From the human T2T-CHM13v2.0 reference genome, Homo sapiens: 64,000 bases of DNA. A program made the translations under genes and the position numbers. Shown piece by piece: positions 28,839 through 41,920 of the stretch (its first letter is position 1; every line of letters starts with the position of its first letter). The notes under the pieces are model-generated. The model ran no database searches. It worked only from the letters and a program-made list of their open reading frames with translations, and was not told the DNA's origin. The DNA is taken from assembly GCF_009914755.1 (NCBI RefSeq), contig NC_060929.1. One strand, 5' to 3'.

Positions 28839-31825
28839 TTATTTGAGATCCAGCGGCTTCAAGTATAGAACTTCAGAGGCTAAACTTTCTGAAAATTATA
28901 TATTAAAAAAATTCTGTGTGTATGTGCAGTTTTTCAGGGAGAAATGGCCTTCATTTTTATCAGACTTTCAAACAAATCAATATTAGAGTCATTGATTTAA
29001 ATAATAATTCCTTTAGTGTACAAAAAGCTAGAAATAAAGCCAGCACATAAAGTGAGATGCTTCTAAAAAGAGTTGTGTTAAAAACATTTATCTGCAGGTA
29101 TTTTTTTACTAAATGTTTTGTTATAAATCCTATTTTTAAATGGATTTATAGATTAGATGTAAAAAATGGCTAGGTGAATGTAGTGATTAAATACCTAATA
29201 GTTCTTTAAATCATATCAGATAAATCAAAGATACATGATGGAAATGTTTCTGGCATCACTTGGTTATCTTACTGTGGCTGACTTTCTTATCTTGTTTGGA
29301 TATGCACTGTAGAAAAAGATTTATGTAATTATTCCTGAGTCCTTATATTCAACTCTGAGAGTTATGAAATTGTTTAACCTCCATCTAATAAAGACACTTA
29401 GAACAGTTTTCACCTTGAACTAACATTGCCAAAAGAAAGCAAAGTGCCAATATGTCAATATTCTTTCTTCCAACATATGTACATATGTGTGCATATCAGA
29501 TATAGCGATGCCCCATCTATGTGTTAAATTATCTGAGAGCATGCAATTGCCCACCTATTTAAAAGAGTATAAATGGAACCCAAGGAACGTTAGGCAAGTA
29601 GTCAACCTTCCTGCATATTCCATTCAATTTGAATAACATCATTCTCAATGCAAAGCAAAGACAGGACTGTCAAAGTCAATATCCTAGATCTCCATGTCTA
29701 CACAACAGCTTTCTCTGTGCTAATAGTGTTGAAGCCATCTGTCTGTTTCCAATTAAAGTCCATTTTTGATTCAATGACCAGTTGTTCCATATTGTGGGGC
29801 TCTTTTGTTACCCTCTCCCTCTGCCTCAAAATTAGTATAGTTACTCCAATGTTGATACTGTTTTTTCTTCCTTTATTTTATATTTCTGATCTCATCAGTT
29901 ATTATGTCCTCCCTCTTTTGCAAGTCATGGGTAGATTTTCCATTTCTTTTTTTACATTTTGCTGTCCACAAGGTCAGTTTTCTGAATGTGTTTCATTTCT
30001 GATTTTAATTAATGTTTGTTCACTCATTTTGCCTATTTATCTAATTTCCTATATAATAAATATGTGAATAAAATTTTCAAGTATAAATAAGCTACATAAG
30101 TACATTTTAAATTAAAACACTAAATATATGATTCTTCAGGGAAGAGCAGATTACTGTCTAATGCTTTTTTCTGTTGTTACTTTAAAGTATTTATAAGTTC
30201 TTTCCATAAACCTTGCACACTTCCAGTCCTAATTCCATGCACTGTCAACTTTGTTCACTTTAGTTGAGAAAATAAAAACTAAATTTAAAAAATTAGATTA
30301 GATTCCAATTTCATTATCTATTTAGGTTTTATTAATTATCTCCACCCTGGAGGAAAACATTCAAAACTTCTCTTAATGGTTTTAAGGTGTTATCACTCTA
30401 ATAACCTCGGCATGCTGCCATTTCATGAAAGACAGATGAATGACAGCTGCAGTTTTTAATGTGTTCTATTTTGTCATTGGCATTGGTGAACAGGTTGGAA
30501 ACTTCATTGACAATGTCCCCATGCTTGCTATATTGTCATGGACAACTTAAATATCCTTTGTGGCATAAGCACCAGGTTCTAATTTTTTCTTACATCTACA
30601 AATAACAGGCTGTAGAAAAGGTATTATTTTAATAAGGAAGCTAAAATAGTAACATTGTATGGCCTGCAACAATGAAGAAATAATAAACTTTCAAGGCTCC
30701 CAGAACACATGCCTGCTTACTATGGTAGTGGCCACCTGAGGTTAGCTACTTTATAGTGGAGACTTTGACTAGATCAGGACTATGAATTTCCACATCCTCG
30801 TTAAGAAATAAACAAAAGGTTACATATCATAGTCAGCAGCATGAACTTGAATTTTTTAATCTTCCCTGAAAAGAGTATATTTGTATTTAGTCTGAAATTT
30901 CACATTTTTATGTCTGAGAAGTGTATTTGGACATTTGGTAAGGTTTCCAAAATGCAATATTTATATCTGTAAACAACTGAGCATAAACAAAATGTTTGAT
31001 ATGAAGAAAAAAATATGTATTTTGTTATCAGTGTTCACTCTATTCCTTAATCTAGGCTTTTGTACTCTCTTGGTGAACACTCAGTTCCTCTAACATCTAT
31101 GCCCAGTTGCATCAGATTCTCTCCCGGAGTTTTCATATATCCAAATTCTAACTACTTTAAAGGTCAAGATTAAATGTTAGGTCCTCCAAGAAACCTTGTA
31201 AGCTATCAGAAATAACTGCCTCCTTTGTCCTCTTCATGTATGTCTTGTGGCAGTTTATATTTAATATAATGGAATATTTGGATACATATATTACCTCTTT
31301 TATGTATTTTAAATTACATGATGAAAGATAACAAGGCTTATCTCTGTTCTTTCTTAGGAACACAATTATCAAGAATCATTTCTGAATTGATTACTCAACC
31401 TGCGCTAAGCCAAGTTTCCTTGTTCTCTGAACCCTCTCCACAAATAAAACTCAAATATTTCTGCTTCAATCATTCAGGACCTGCTATTTTCCAGAAATTA
31501 ATCTAGTAATAGAATTCATGGTAAAATTTTTCATAGCTTTAAATTATTTCTTTCCTAAATAGACATTTTAATTTTAATCTAATCTTGATTTTATTAAACC
31601 TAAAACATCCATAATGAAGGACTTTCAAGTTCGAAAATAAGGTTAATAGGAGAGCCTTTGGGGTTAACAGATGGCACCTGTCACATAATGTTGCTTACCG
31701 TGTTTCAGGTAAAGCTGCTCCTCCTATTCATATTGAATCAAACTATACTTTAAACTCCGCAGGGCTATTTGTAAGGAGACCATTAAAGCCTGCTTTGAAT
31801 GATTTCATTGAACTTCATTACAAAC

Positions 31826-32357
31826 ACTGATATTGATTCTCAAACCTTAGAGTACATAAAGTAAATCACTTAGAGTGCTGTTTGTTGGTTGGTTGTTTTT
31901 TTGTTTGTTTGTTTGTTTGTTTGTTTTGGAGACAGGGTCTCTGTCCCCCAGGCTGGAGTGCAGTGGTGCCAAGTCAGCTCACTGCAGCCGATCTCTTGGG
32001 CTAAAGCAATCCTCCCACTGCAGCCTCTGGAGTAGTTGGGACCACAGGCATACAACACCACACCTGGCTAATTTTTTATTTTTATCTGTAAAGATAGAGT
32101 TTTCCCATGTTGCTCAGGCTGGTCTTGACCTCCTGGGCTCAAGCAATCCTCCTGCCTCAGCCTCCCAAAGTGCTGGGATTATAGGCATGAGCCACCGCAC
32201 CCAGCCTTGAGTGTTTTTTTAATGAAGAATTCTATGTGCCATCCCCAGTGATTTCATTTTATGAGTATTAGTTTTAGGAATCTCTGATTTCATAAGCACC
32301 TAGTTGATTCTGATGCTGGTAGTCAGAGGACCAGACAGGAAGAAATGCTACTCTAGA
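31826..32357. mobile_element. MER5-like hAT-Charlie relic interrupted by an Alu
   Basis: gattctcaaaccttagagtacat...aatcact and gttgattctgatgctggtagtcagaggacca...ctactctag. Confidence 0.6.
31881..32206 (-). mobile_element. AluJ with (TTTG)n tail
   Basis: Reverse-complement Alu with J-type ctcctgggctcaagcaatcctcc. Confidence 0.93.
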
Positions 32358-33119
32358 TGATCTTAAGATTACTGCCCCAAAGTTAAAATGTATTGCCCAG
32401 GAACAGTGATTAAGACATGTTTATATCCACGGCCTGATTTTTATTTCATTCCATTCCATAAAATGTGAACACAGTATACTTTAAATTTTGGATGCAGAAA
32501 GGATAGAAAGGAGTATATGAAATTTTAAGAATAGAAATGTTAAAAGAAGACAAATTATGCATTTACTTTTTCATACAAATGTATACCATGATTAAGAGTA
32601 AAATATTTAAAAGATATTAAGAATATTAAGAACATATACTGTATTAACAGCATAACTTTACATTTACTTATTTTTATGTTCAGTAAGTATAAATTACATA
32701 TTTTATAAAATTAAAAATGAGATAATTTTGAATTTTATCTTTAAGAACTTTTTTAATTTTATATTTCCTTTATATGATGTTAAATTATAGATATGAAAGG
32801 AAAACTCAGTAAAAATAGATTTCAACAATGTTATGGTGACTCTTATGGGGCATTTTGTTTGTATTTGCAAGGGAAAACTAGCACTGTTCCATGACTCAAG
32901 AAATTATGAGTAAATAAATGAACAACTGAAATTTCTAGAAGTCTCATTTCAATTGCATCAACTATTGTTACTTCTAATCCTGAGGAGAGCAAAACACCAC
33001 ACTCTTGCTTATATATTATTTCAATTTCATAAATCATAGATAAAATCAAGAGAAATATCCAGAAAGTCAAAATTCTGTTCCTTTTTGTAGTTCTTTCATT
33101 TCATACCATTTCCTGTCAC

Positions 33120-33830
33120 ATTAATTCAATGGAAAATAGGTATTTATCTTCTGCTATGTGCAGGCACTTGTTTGAACATGGAAATAAAGTGGCGAACAAG
33201 ATAAATAATATTCTGCTTCTTGTGGAAATTAAATTCTAGTTAGAGAAATAAATAAGTAAATAAATATTATATAAACTAAAAGAGAATTGGCAACAAAAGC
33301 TATGCAATTAATTAAGAAGAATTACATGGCCCAGCTCTAGAAAAAGGTCCAGAGGTTACTCTTGGTTTGGTTGGTCAGGAAAAGTAGTTCTAAGCTGGGA
33401 TATCGGTACCTAGAAAAAGGCGGTAATGGTATGACCAGAAAACAGAGCATCCCCGATAGAGAAAACAGCTTGAGAAAAATATCTAAGATGGAATAAGGTT
33501 GGTCTGCTCTGTTCTAAAAAGAAAAGGAGGAAGAGTGGTTAAAGCATAGCGTGTGAGGGGAGACCTATTAAATAAGTCCAGGAGGTAGGCAGCAGCCAGG
33601 TTCTACTGAACTTGTGAACCAAGATAAGAAGTTTAGACTTTGTTCTATGAGCAATAAGTCATTAAAGAATTTAGATTTAAAGCAAAAGGGTGACAGGACA
33701 ATTTACATTTTAAAATAGATCCTCCTGGCTCCTCTGCAAAGAAGCAGTTTGAAAGGGACTAAGCTGGAAAATAAGCAGAAAGACAATAGTGGTTTTAACA
33801 AAGATGATAATTCAAGAGTTAAAAAGAATT
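33120..33830. mobile_element. L2 relic
   Basis: ttaattcaatgg...tgctatgtgcaggcacttg; acaatttacattttaaaatagatcctcctggct. Confidence 0.6.
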
Positions 33831-33990
33831 AGAGAATATTACTACACATATATGTATGTGTGTGTATATATATACACATACACAGCAAATTTTAAATAAG
33901 TATTTTATATATATATATATATATACATATACAAATGAATTTAGGATATTATTTAATTCCCTGAACAAAACACATAATTCTCCATATCTT

Positions 33991-34350
33991 TGCATGGAAT
34001 AATATGCAGCCATAAAAAAAAGAATGAGATCATGTCCTTTGCAGCAACATGGATGGGGCTGGAGGCCATTATCCTTAGCAAACTAACAAAGAAACAGAAA
34101 ACCAAATACCACATCATCTCATTTATACGTGGGAGCTGAATGATAAAGAACGCAGGGATCCATAGAGGGAACAACACACAGCGAGGCCTTTTGGAGGGTG
34201 GAGAGTGGGAGGATGGAGAGAATCAGGAAAAATAACTAATGAGTACTGGCCTTAATACCTAGGTGATGAAACAATCTGTACAACAAGCCCCCATGATACA
34301 ATTATAGCTATGTAACAAACCTGTACTTGTACCCCTGAACGTAAAATTAC
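33991..34350 (+). mobile_element. 5'-truncated L1PA (L1PA13-15-like) 3' end
   Basis: ORF2 end (atgagatcatgtcctttgcagcaacatggatg) plus 3'UTR ending gtacccctgaacgtaaaa. Confidence 0.85.
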
Positions 34351-34435
34351 ATTTTAAAATATACACATAAGTTTGCTCGAGTAGATAGGACCTGAGATGC
34401 ATAGTAAGGGAAAGACAGGTATAAATCATATAGAT

Positions 34436-34646
34436 GAGCACTGTTCAAAAGAGCTTTCTGAAATAATGGAATTTTCTATATGTGAGCTATTTAACATGGT
34501 AGCCACGAGCCATATGTGTCTATTGAGCACTTGAAATGTAACTAGTGCAAGTAAGAAACTGAATTTGGAATTTTGAAATTTGAATTAACTTGAATTTAAA
34601 TAACTGCACACAACTGACAGCTAGCTATTGGACAACACTGCTCTAG
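34436..34646. mobile_element. MER3-like hAT-Charlie DNA transposon relic
   Basis: Terminal gagcactgttcaa...ttggacaacactgctc inverted ends; ggtagccac...attgagcacttgaaatgt. Confidence 0.75.
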
Positions 34647-35001
34647 ATGCTTGACTTGAACAAATTGATGGGTGACAGTTCCATTTGCTGAAGTGGACAA
34701 AAGTAAGAGAAAGCAGACATGGAATGAAAATCAAGAGTTCTATTTGAATCATGGTGAGTTTGAGATGCCAATGCATATCCATGTGAAAATATCATATAGT
34801 ATACAGAATATGGGACTCTGAGGTTCCTGGGAATATGAGGAATATAGCCTAGGTTTGAGAATTATTAGAACATAGATCATATAGATCATATTTATACCTT
34901 ATAAAACACAATGGGCTTACCTAGAGAGAGTACACATAGAACAGAGACCTGTAGCATTCTAACATATGATAAGCAAGTAAAATACAATCCAGAAAAGCGG
35001 A

Positions 35002-35298
35002 TTTTTTTTTTTTTTTTTTTTTTGAGCTAGAGTCTCTCTCTGTTTCCCAGGCTGGAGTGCAATGATCTCGGCTCATTGCAACCTCTGCCTCCCGGATTAA
35101 AGCAATTCTCCTGCCTCAGCCTCCTGAGTAGCTGAGACTACAGGTGTGTGCTACCATACCAGGCTAATTTTTGTATTTTTAGTAGAGACAGGGTTTCACC
35201 ATGCTTGCCAGGGTGGTCTCGAACTCCTGACCTCATGATCCACCCGCCTCGGCCTCCCAAAGTGCTGGGATTACAGGGGTGAGTCACTGCGCCCAGCC
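35002..35298 (-). mobile_element. AluSg/Sc-type SINE
   Basis: Reverse-complement Alu with a long pure T tail. Confidence 0.93.
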
Positions 35299-35558
35299 AA
35301 AAAGACTTTTTAAAATGTCAATTTGAAGAGGTAAATGTTAAAGTGGCGCAAGTCAAACAAGATCAGGTACATGATTCTTCAGGAAGGGTCCTCTCTTCCA
35401 TATCAATTTTAGAAAGCACCCTTGGGAGCAGGACCAGAATGGGGTCCAGGGAGAAGAAAACTTAGCTTGATGACCTTAAGACAATGAATTTTGGTAGAGA
35501 TTTGCACCTGTAGCTGAGTCTAAAAATAAAATGTGTAATGTTCATTTTACACAGATAA

Positions 35559-35597
35559 TTCTGGAACCATGATGGAGAAACACTCATGGTTCCAGAA
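35559..35597. repeat. Perfect 14-bp inverted repeat (hairpin, 11-nt loop)
   Basis: ttctggaaccatga (35559-35572) / tcatggttccagaa (35584-35597). Confidence 0.9.
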
Positions 35598-37532
35598 GCA
35601 AGAAGGAAGCAGCTAGAAGACAATTTAAAACTTGCACAATTTCCCTTTCAGAAATATTTACTATAAATTTCTAGTAATAATAAAATCAATCATTTTAACA
35701 AAAATGTTGTAGTATTATTTTAAGAACAAATCCTTTAAAGGTGAACATCACTCCTGAGTTTATATTATGCTTTAAAGTTTCATGATGGTAAACTGTATAC
35801 ACCAAGGTTTGTATCAGATATCAAGAAGGTATAAAACCCTTTGACAATAATTAAAAAGGGGTAAAAATAATTTTTAAGCAGTAGAAAATAGTTTTTTCTT
35901 TCACAGATCGGTTTCCCTTTGAATTTTTTAGAATTCTCTTTCAAGTAATTCAACCTAGGTTTAATCTTAGATTGTTTCAAGATTCATGATTGCATAATTT
36001 TGTTTGATGTTGATAGAAGAGAGGGATTTTTTACTCCGATGACTTCTGTATCTGCTTTAATCTGTCTCCAGAAAAAAAAAATGCATGTATAAAACCAGTA
36101 GCAAAGGAAGACAGGCTAAAAACCACCACCACAGATGAATGAACTGCATACATTGCTCTATTTTGATAAACTATCATTTGCACATACACAGAACTTTTAT
36201 TCTGTGGTTGCAAATGAGGGTTCATAATACATTTAGGAGCTGTTGCTCATTTTGGTTCCACTATATAGTAAATAACAAAATCAAATCATGTTTAGAGGAA
36301 AAATATATACTATTATCCTTTACTTATTAAACCACTGATTTTTTGTGTGAGGGAAAAGTCCTCAATTAGTCACATCCTTCAGTGCTACATATAGGATATA
36401 CATATGCACACACACACATATATATTTATTTATAAAAAGCATTAATAATTAAAATATTGATATAAAAGCATTAATAATTAAAAATACAGAAAGATATATA
36501 AATATAAAAGATAAGGTAGGTAAATGAAAATTCAATTTCTAACTATACAAGCTTACCAGGTTTTGAAAGTGAAAATGTAGAAGAGAGTGTTCTTGTGGTA
36601 TCCACAACAGTGAGCATGAAAAGATTCAACAGTAAAACGCCAAGATACTACAACCATAGGTCATGTTTAATTCCATAATGCAAGACATATTTTTCTATGA
36701 ATCTGTCTAATAAAATTATTTTATACATCTGATTCAAATTGGAAGTCCTTTTCCACCCACAAATTGAGTGAAATGAAAAACTCCTGATTATTCTAGAACA
36801 ACAGAACCAATTGATCAGGCAATGCACAGACAGATCAGAAAGAATCAATGTAAGATAGAGCTACAGCAGGCTTTTGCTGAGATGCAGAAATGCAGATCAA
36901 AGCACAATAAAGAGATAGGGAAAAGTGATAGCCCCAAGACAAAGGCAGAAAAGCCATGTCGTAATCACACAGAAATTTTTAGCAATTTTGGAAGAAGCAA
37001 GACTCCAATAGTGCTGCTGATTTAGACTCAAATTAAAAATCTGAACTATAAGCAATTGCAGGCAAGGAAAACTTAGTTTCTTTTACTGTTATAAGAATAT
37101 TGAAATAAAAATGGCATCCAAGCAACCCAGTGGTCTCATGTAGTAAGAGACACAAAAAAAGGATCTCTAGAACGTGAATACGAAGAGAAAGAACAAACCT
37201 TTTATTTGCCCACATGTGGTTAAGGGTATTTCAACTTCTTTCATTATAAACAATTAAAATTCTAGAATTAAAATTCAGCAAATAGTATTTTGAATTAGAT
37301 ATTTGAATAATTATACTTTTACAATTGCATAAGAAACTGAATATATTATCATTATAATGTGTGTTATCATTACAGATAATACCCTTATGATGATTTTGAT
37401 CAGGCATCTTCAATTCTATATGAAAGAAGCCTACAGATAGGCAAATACATTAGAAGTCCTGCCATTATACAAGATCCAGAGTAACAGTGTGTCAGTAAAT
37501 CAAAAGAGTTAGTTTTAGTGGCAAATCTTAAA

Positions 37533-37584
37533 AGGGGAGTAAGATAAATGAGAATACTAGTATCTTTAAAGTATCTAATTTACA
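37533..37584 (+). repeat. 52-bp perfect direct repeat, copy 1
   Basis: aggggagtaagataaatgagaatactagtatctttaaagtatctaatttaca, identical to 38971-39022. Confidence 0.95.
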
Positions 37585-38970
37585 GACCTGGATACATAAA
37601 AGTAATAAACAGATGAAATACCTTAAGTATTAGATTTTTATTTAAAACATAAGCAACCATTCACCAGTTTGAAATTGCCCAAAGATTAATTAGAATACTG
37701 ACCAGTCTTTATTACATAAACTGTCTCTAATGCACTCCAATTTCCAGTTCCATTTCTTTACAGTAAAAACAGAGCTTAGGGACATTAATAAAGCAATATG
37801 AGTGTCAATCTTCATGTTTTTACTGTTTCTACAGTTTTTTAAAATCATCACACAATTTTTAGACATTTATATATATCAAGTCAAAGTATTCAATTTAGTT
37901 TTCAGCACATTACTATCCTTTTACATACATGTTTCACCAATTTGTGTTATGTTTCTTTAAACTTTTGTGTTTGTAGTAAAAAGTCCTACTGATATAAACC
38001 TGTTAGAGCCAATCTTCATTTCAGTTGGTAAGAGTAAATTTTTTCTTAGGTAAAGTAGAGCATGGGCTATGGGCAATGAACTTTCAGCTTGTCAAGGGCA
38101 CTAAACTGTATGTTTCTAAGGAAAATGTAATTCATCTGTTAAATCGATTAAGAAAAGGTTGAGTAGGAGGTCTACTACAGATGATTGATGGATGTATGGA
38201 TGGATGGATGCATAAATTCATATTGACAAGAGTCTTATGTAAACAATAGGTAGAAAGGGAAAGTATTATAGTTTAAAAAACTGCCAAATTTTTTGTTTAG
38301 AAAACAAAAATCTTCAGAATTCGGATTCAATACAATTTAATCTTTTTTAAAGAGCAGAAAATATATATGATCTTGCTTTGTTTATAGATCATAAAATTAT
38401 ATGAAAGATAAATGTAGAAAAGGAGAAAAATTGTTTTATTTCTGAATAAATGAATCCACATGTATCTCACAATTTATGGTTAATCTGTGCTAATCTGAAA
38501 AACAATTCAAAAGTAAATTGTGTAGTAAACTGACTACTTAGAATTTTAGGTTTCATATGGTTATCCTTTCCTTCTAATCAATGTACACACATGCACACAA
38601 ACACCCTTCTGTGGTTGGTTTAGCCTCATTGAGCCTTTGAGCTTAATCAGGGGAATGTTTATTTGTTTTACATAGAGATCATTTTCTCTTGAATGAAGAT
38701 GGTCCACAGAGCAAGCTTATCCACCTGATTAAAAAAAATAACTAATTAGACAAGTTCAGCCCTAACATTTCATCTGCAATTGGCAAATAGGAGAAAGCCA
38801 TGGAATATTAAGTACCAAGATATGTTAATTTTTTTATATTCAAGATGCTACTTAGAGTAACAAAGGACAGGATGGGAGTAAAAGTGGTAATTAGTTTATT
38901 AATAGGCATTATCAAGCCTGTCCCAACTTCAAATAAACACATGTATAGACTTTTCCCCCATTGCTTATTC

Positions 38971-39022
38971 AGGGGAGTAAGATAAATGAGAATACTAGTA
39001 TCTTTAAAGTATCTAATTTACA
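38971..39022 (+). repeat. 52-bp perfect direct repeat, copy 2
   Basis: Identical to 37533-37584. Confidence 0.95.
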
Positions 39023-40979
39023 ACTGGCAAGTTTAAAAGTTTTATGCTGGCTCTGAGACTATGGGCAGTGGAGTAAAGAAAATATATGCTAAATTTATGG
39101 TTAATTCATTTCAATTCCGGCAGTATAACTTAATTCAAGTTGGATGGGACCAGCATAAAGTCAGTTTGTTTATTTCTAATCTATAAATTTTGGATAGCTC
39201 TCATTTCTTTATTCATATATCTACCCCTCCAATTTCTTTATGTAAAATTCCAAGATAGAGTGCTACAGACTGAAGCAAGGACAGTGCACCTGCCTCAGCT
39301 GTACATGTATTAAAATGTGAACAGCAGCAAGTAGTCCCGGTTAGGCCTGTCATTTGCTTCTTCAAGTCCATGACCAAGGTCTATCAACACCCTATCCCAA
39401 ATCATCACATATCTAAAAGTATGTGTCACGTTTTCCACAGACTACCAGGATTGTAGCCAGAAATCTGAGAAGGAACTTTCCCTTCCCCAAAGGACTAATG
39501 GCTTTCTGTCATAAAAGGAAACAAACCTTTAAAATCTAGAATGCCTCTTAAGACCAAGAAAAAAGGCTTAGTCAACTCAAAGGCAAAGAAAAGCTTTATA
39601 AACCTGCCTGCTCTAGGCTAGAGCTGAACCCATTTATGTCCACAGTGAACTCTCAGGCTTCTCGTGATTACCAAGAGGGTTATGGCCCCTGGGCTCACTT
39701 AGATCTGCTGTCTACCTCTCACCTTAAGCCTGTCCCCAGGCTGTACCTTTCACATATTAGTATCTGTTAGACATTTGGGTCCCGTCTCACTAGATATTAT
39801 CGTCATGTTTTCAGTTTTCATATGAATGTTGAAGCAGGTGTAGCCATGAAAAAGAAGCACTAAGTTGAAAGACATTGAAAAATGGAAGTTGTTAAAGACA
39901 GTCTGTCTTACTTTCACTCTATAAATTATAATAGTAGATAACATCCACACAGTAAATAATTTTCATCCATATGAAACATCCAGGCTCCTTAACTAATACA
40001 AAATGAGATCATTCAAAAAAGAGGGTAGAATCTGAAGGTGTTATCAATATTTAACAGTCAACACTATGAAATAAAATATCCTAACTTGTGTGTTTATAAA
40101 CACACACACCAAATGAGTTGTTATACTTCACCTATGAAGAAGGACACAAAGAACTTTTAGAAAAATAATTATCCAACAAACTTTCAGTAAAAGACTTTTA
40201 GAAACTACATGACACTCCTTTTCTCGAAAGAAAACTTCTTTTGCTAAAATATACAATCTATATCTTGGAACAGATATGTAGGCCTTGATATACTTTGTTT
40301 TAAAAGAGTACCTTCAGCCTATTAAATTGATTTTCTTCCTACAAAAAGGAAACAAAGCCAGGTCCAATTTGAGATATTTTCCTGAGGTCTGCCCATAATG
40401 ATTATAATGATTACAGTATTCAAAGTTTTCTATATTCTCATTTGTTTTTATCAACTTGGTCTGTCAAAGTTGTCAAAACAGAGTTGAAGTTTCCCACTGC
40501 TATTGTATTGAATTTCTCCTATAATATTTAGGATCATTGAGTTGTGTGATATAGTAGAAAAGGTATAGACTATAGAAACAGAGCTTACTTTGTACTACTG
40601 CTTTATCCTTTGTGAGCTGCATGACTAGTCTTCAGTTTTGTAATCAATGAAAGGGCCTTAGTGATAAAGGTTTTGTAAAAATAAGATAATTCATTTACCA
40701 TAATGCCTGACATATATTAAACATTCATATTAAGCTATTACCATTAAATATGCTAATTATACTCTTTGAACATGAACGTTTGTGAATTTTCTAGCTTTCA
40801 TTGTATACTTCGTTTTATCAATTAAAAATAACCTTTAATCACTATTTATTATCTTGATTTTTACTTTGATTAAAATTAATATCCCCACTCTGGTTCCTTT
40901 TGGGTTGTTTTTTTTTTTTTTTTGCCCTTAATTTTATCATTAATCTTTCTGTGCCTTTTTGATTGGATTATATTCTAAG

Positions 40980-41920
40980 TGCAATGGGAAGGAATTAAAA
41001 GTGTTTAGGTACATTATTTGACTTACATGTTTAGAAATTTGCTCTGGCTGATGGTTAGCAAATGAATGACCAATGAAGAACACTAAGAAACCATAAAACA
41101 TTTGAACCACCAAAAAAAGATAGTGACTTGGACTAGGACAGAAGTTATGTTTTGGTTGGGCATGGGGAGAAGGCTAGTAAAGGAAAGAAAAAATTCTAGA
41201 ATAACTGCAGGTTTCTCAAAACAAGCAATTGGAAGGCCAGTGGTAACATTTATTAAAATGTGAGCCATTCAGAAATAAATAGGTGTAGAGGCCAGTATAG
41301 GAAAGAAAAAAATTCTGTAATAACTGCAGGTTTCTCGAAGTCAGCAATTGGAAGGTTAGTGGTAACATTTATTAAAAATGAACCATTCGGGAAGAAATAT
41401 GTTTTCAGAGGAAGAAATAGAATCTTTTTTTGGTCATGTTAATTTTGAGAATTTATTTGACTTCCTAGTCAAATCAAGAGTCAGGGCAACAATAACAAAT
41501 GTAAATTAAAGATGGAGATCTAAATTTGGCAGTAACATCACTAGGGAGAGGGTTAGATGATTGTAGATAAAGATGGAGACCCAGGACTAAGCATTCCAAT
41601 ATTTGGTGATTGAACAAACCTGGAGCTCTCAAAAGACACCGGAAAAAAAGCAACCAGAAAAGTAGAATATTCAGCAGTAGAGAAGGAAATACTTCAAGAA
41701 GGAAGTAGTAAACTGTGTCAAGTGATGCTAATAAGTAGACTTAGATGAGCTCTGCAATGTGACTATGGATTTTAGCCTTAAGAAATAGATATGGTCTTAA
41801 TTCTACTAGATTCAGAGGCATGATGATGAAAGAAGTCTAGGTCGAGTGAGTTAAGTGGAGAATAGCAGTAGTTTGAAGAGAATGAAATGAAAACATTAGA
41901 AAAGAATGAGTAGACACTTT
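40980..41920. mobile_element. L2 relic containing a ~118-bp tandem duplication (41182-41403)
   Basis: tttgacttacatgtttagaaatttgctctggctg and other L2 motifs; repeated ggaaagaaaaaattct...gcaattggaagg...gtggtaacatttattaaaa. Confidence 0.6.

Noticed and set aside
29648-30067. 139-aa hydrophobic ORF
   Set aside because: Hydrophobicity reflects T-rich composition; no domain, splice context or family resemblance
30398-30590. Minus-strand frame with a Cys pattern (WCLCHKGYLSCP*QYSKHGDIVNEV...KNCSC)
   Set aside because: Internal and flanking stops, no good donor, no recognisable family; needs tblastx or conservation support
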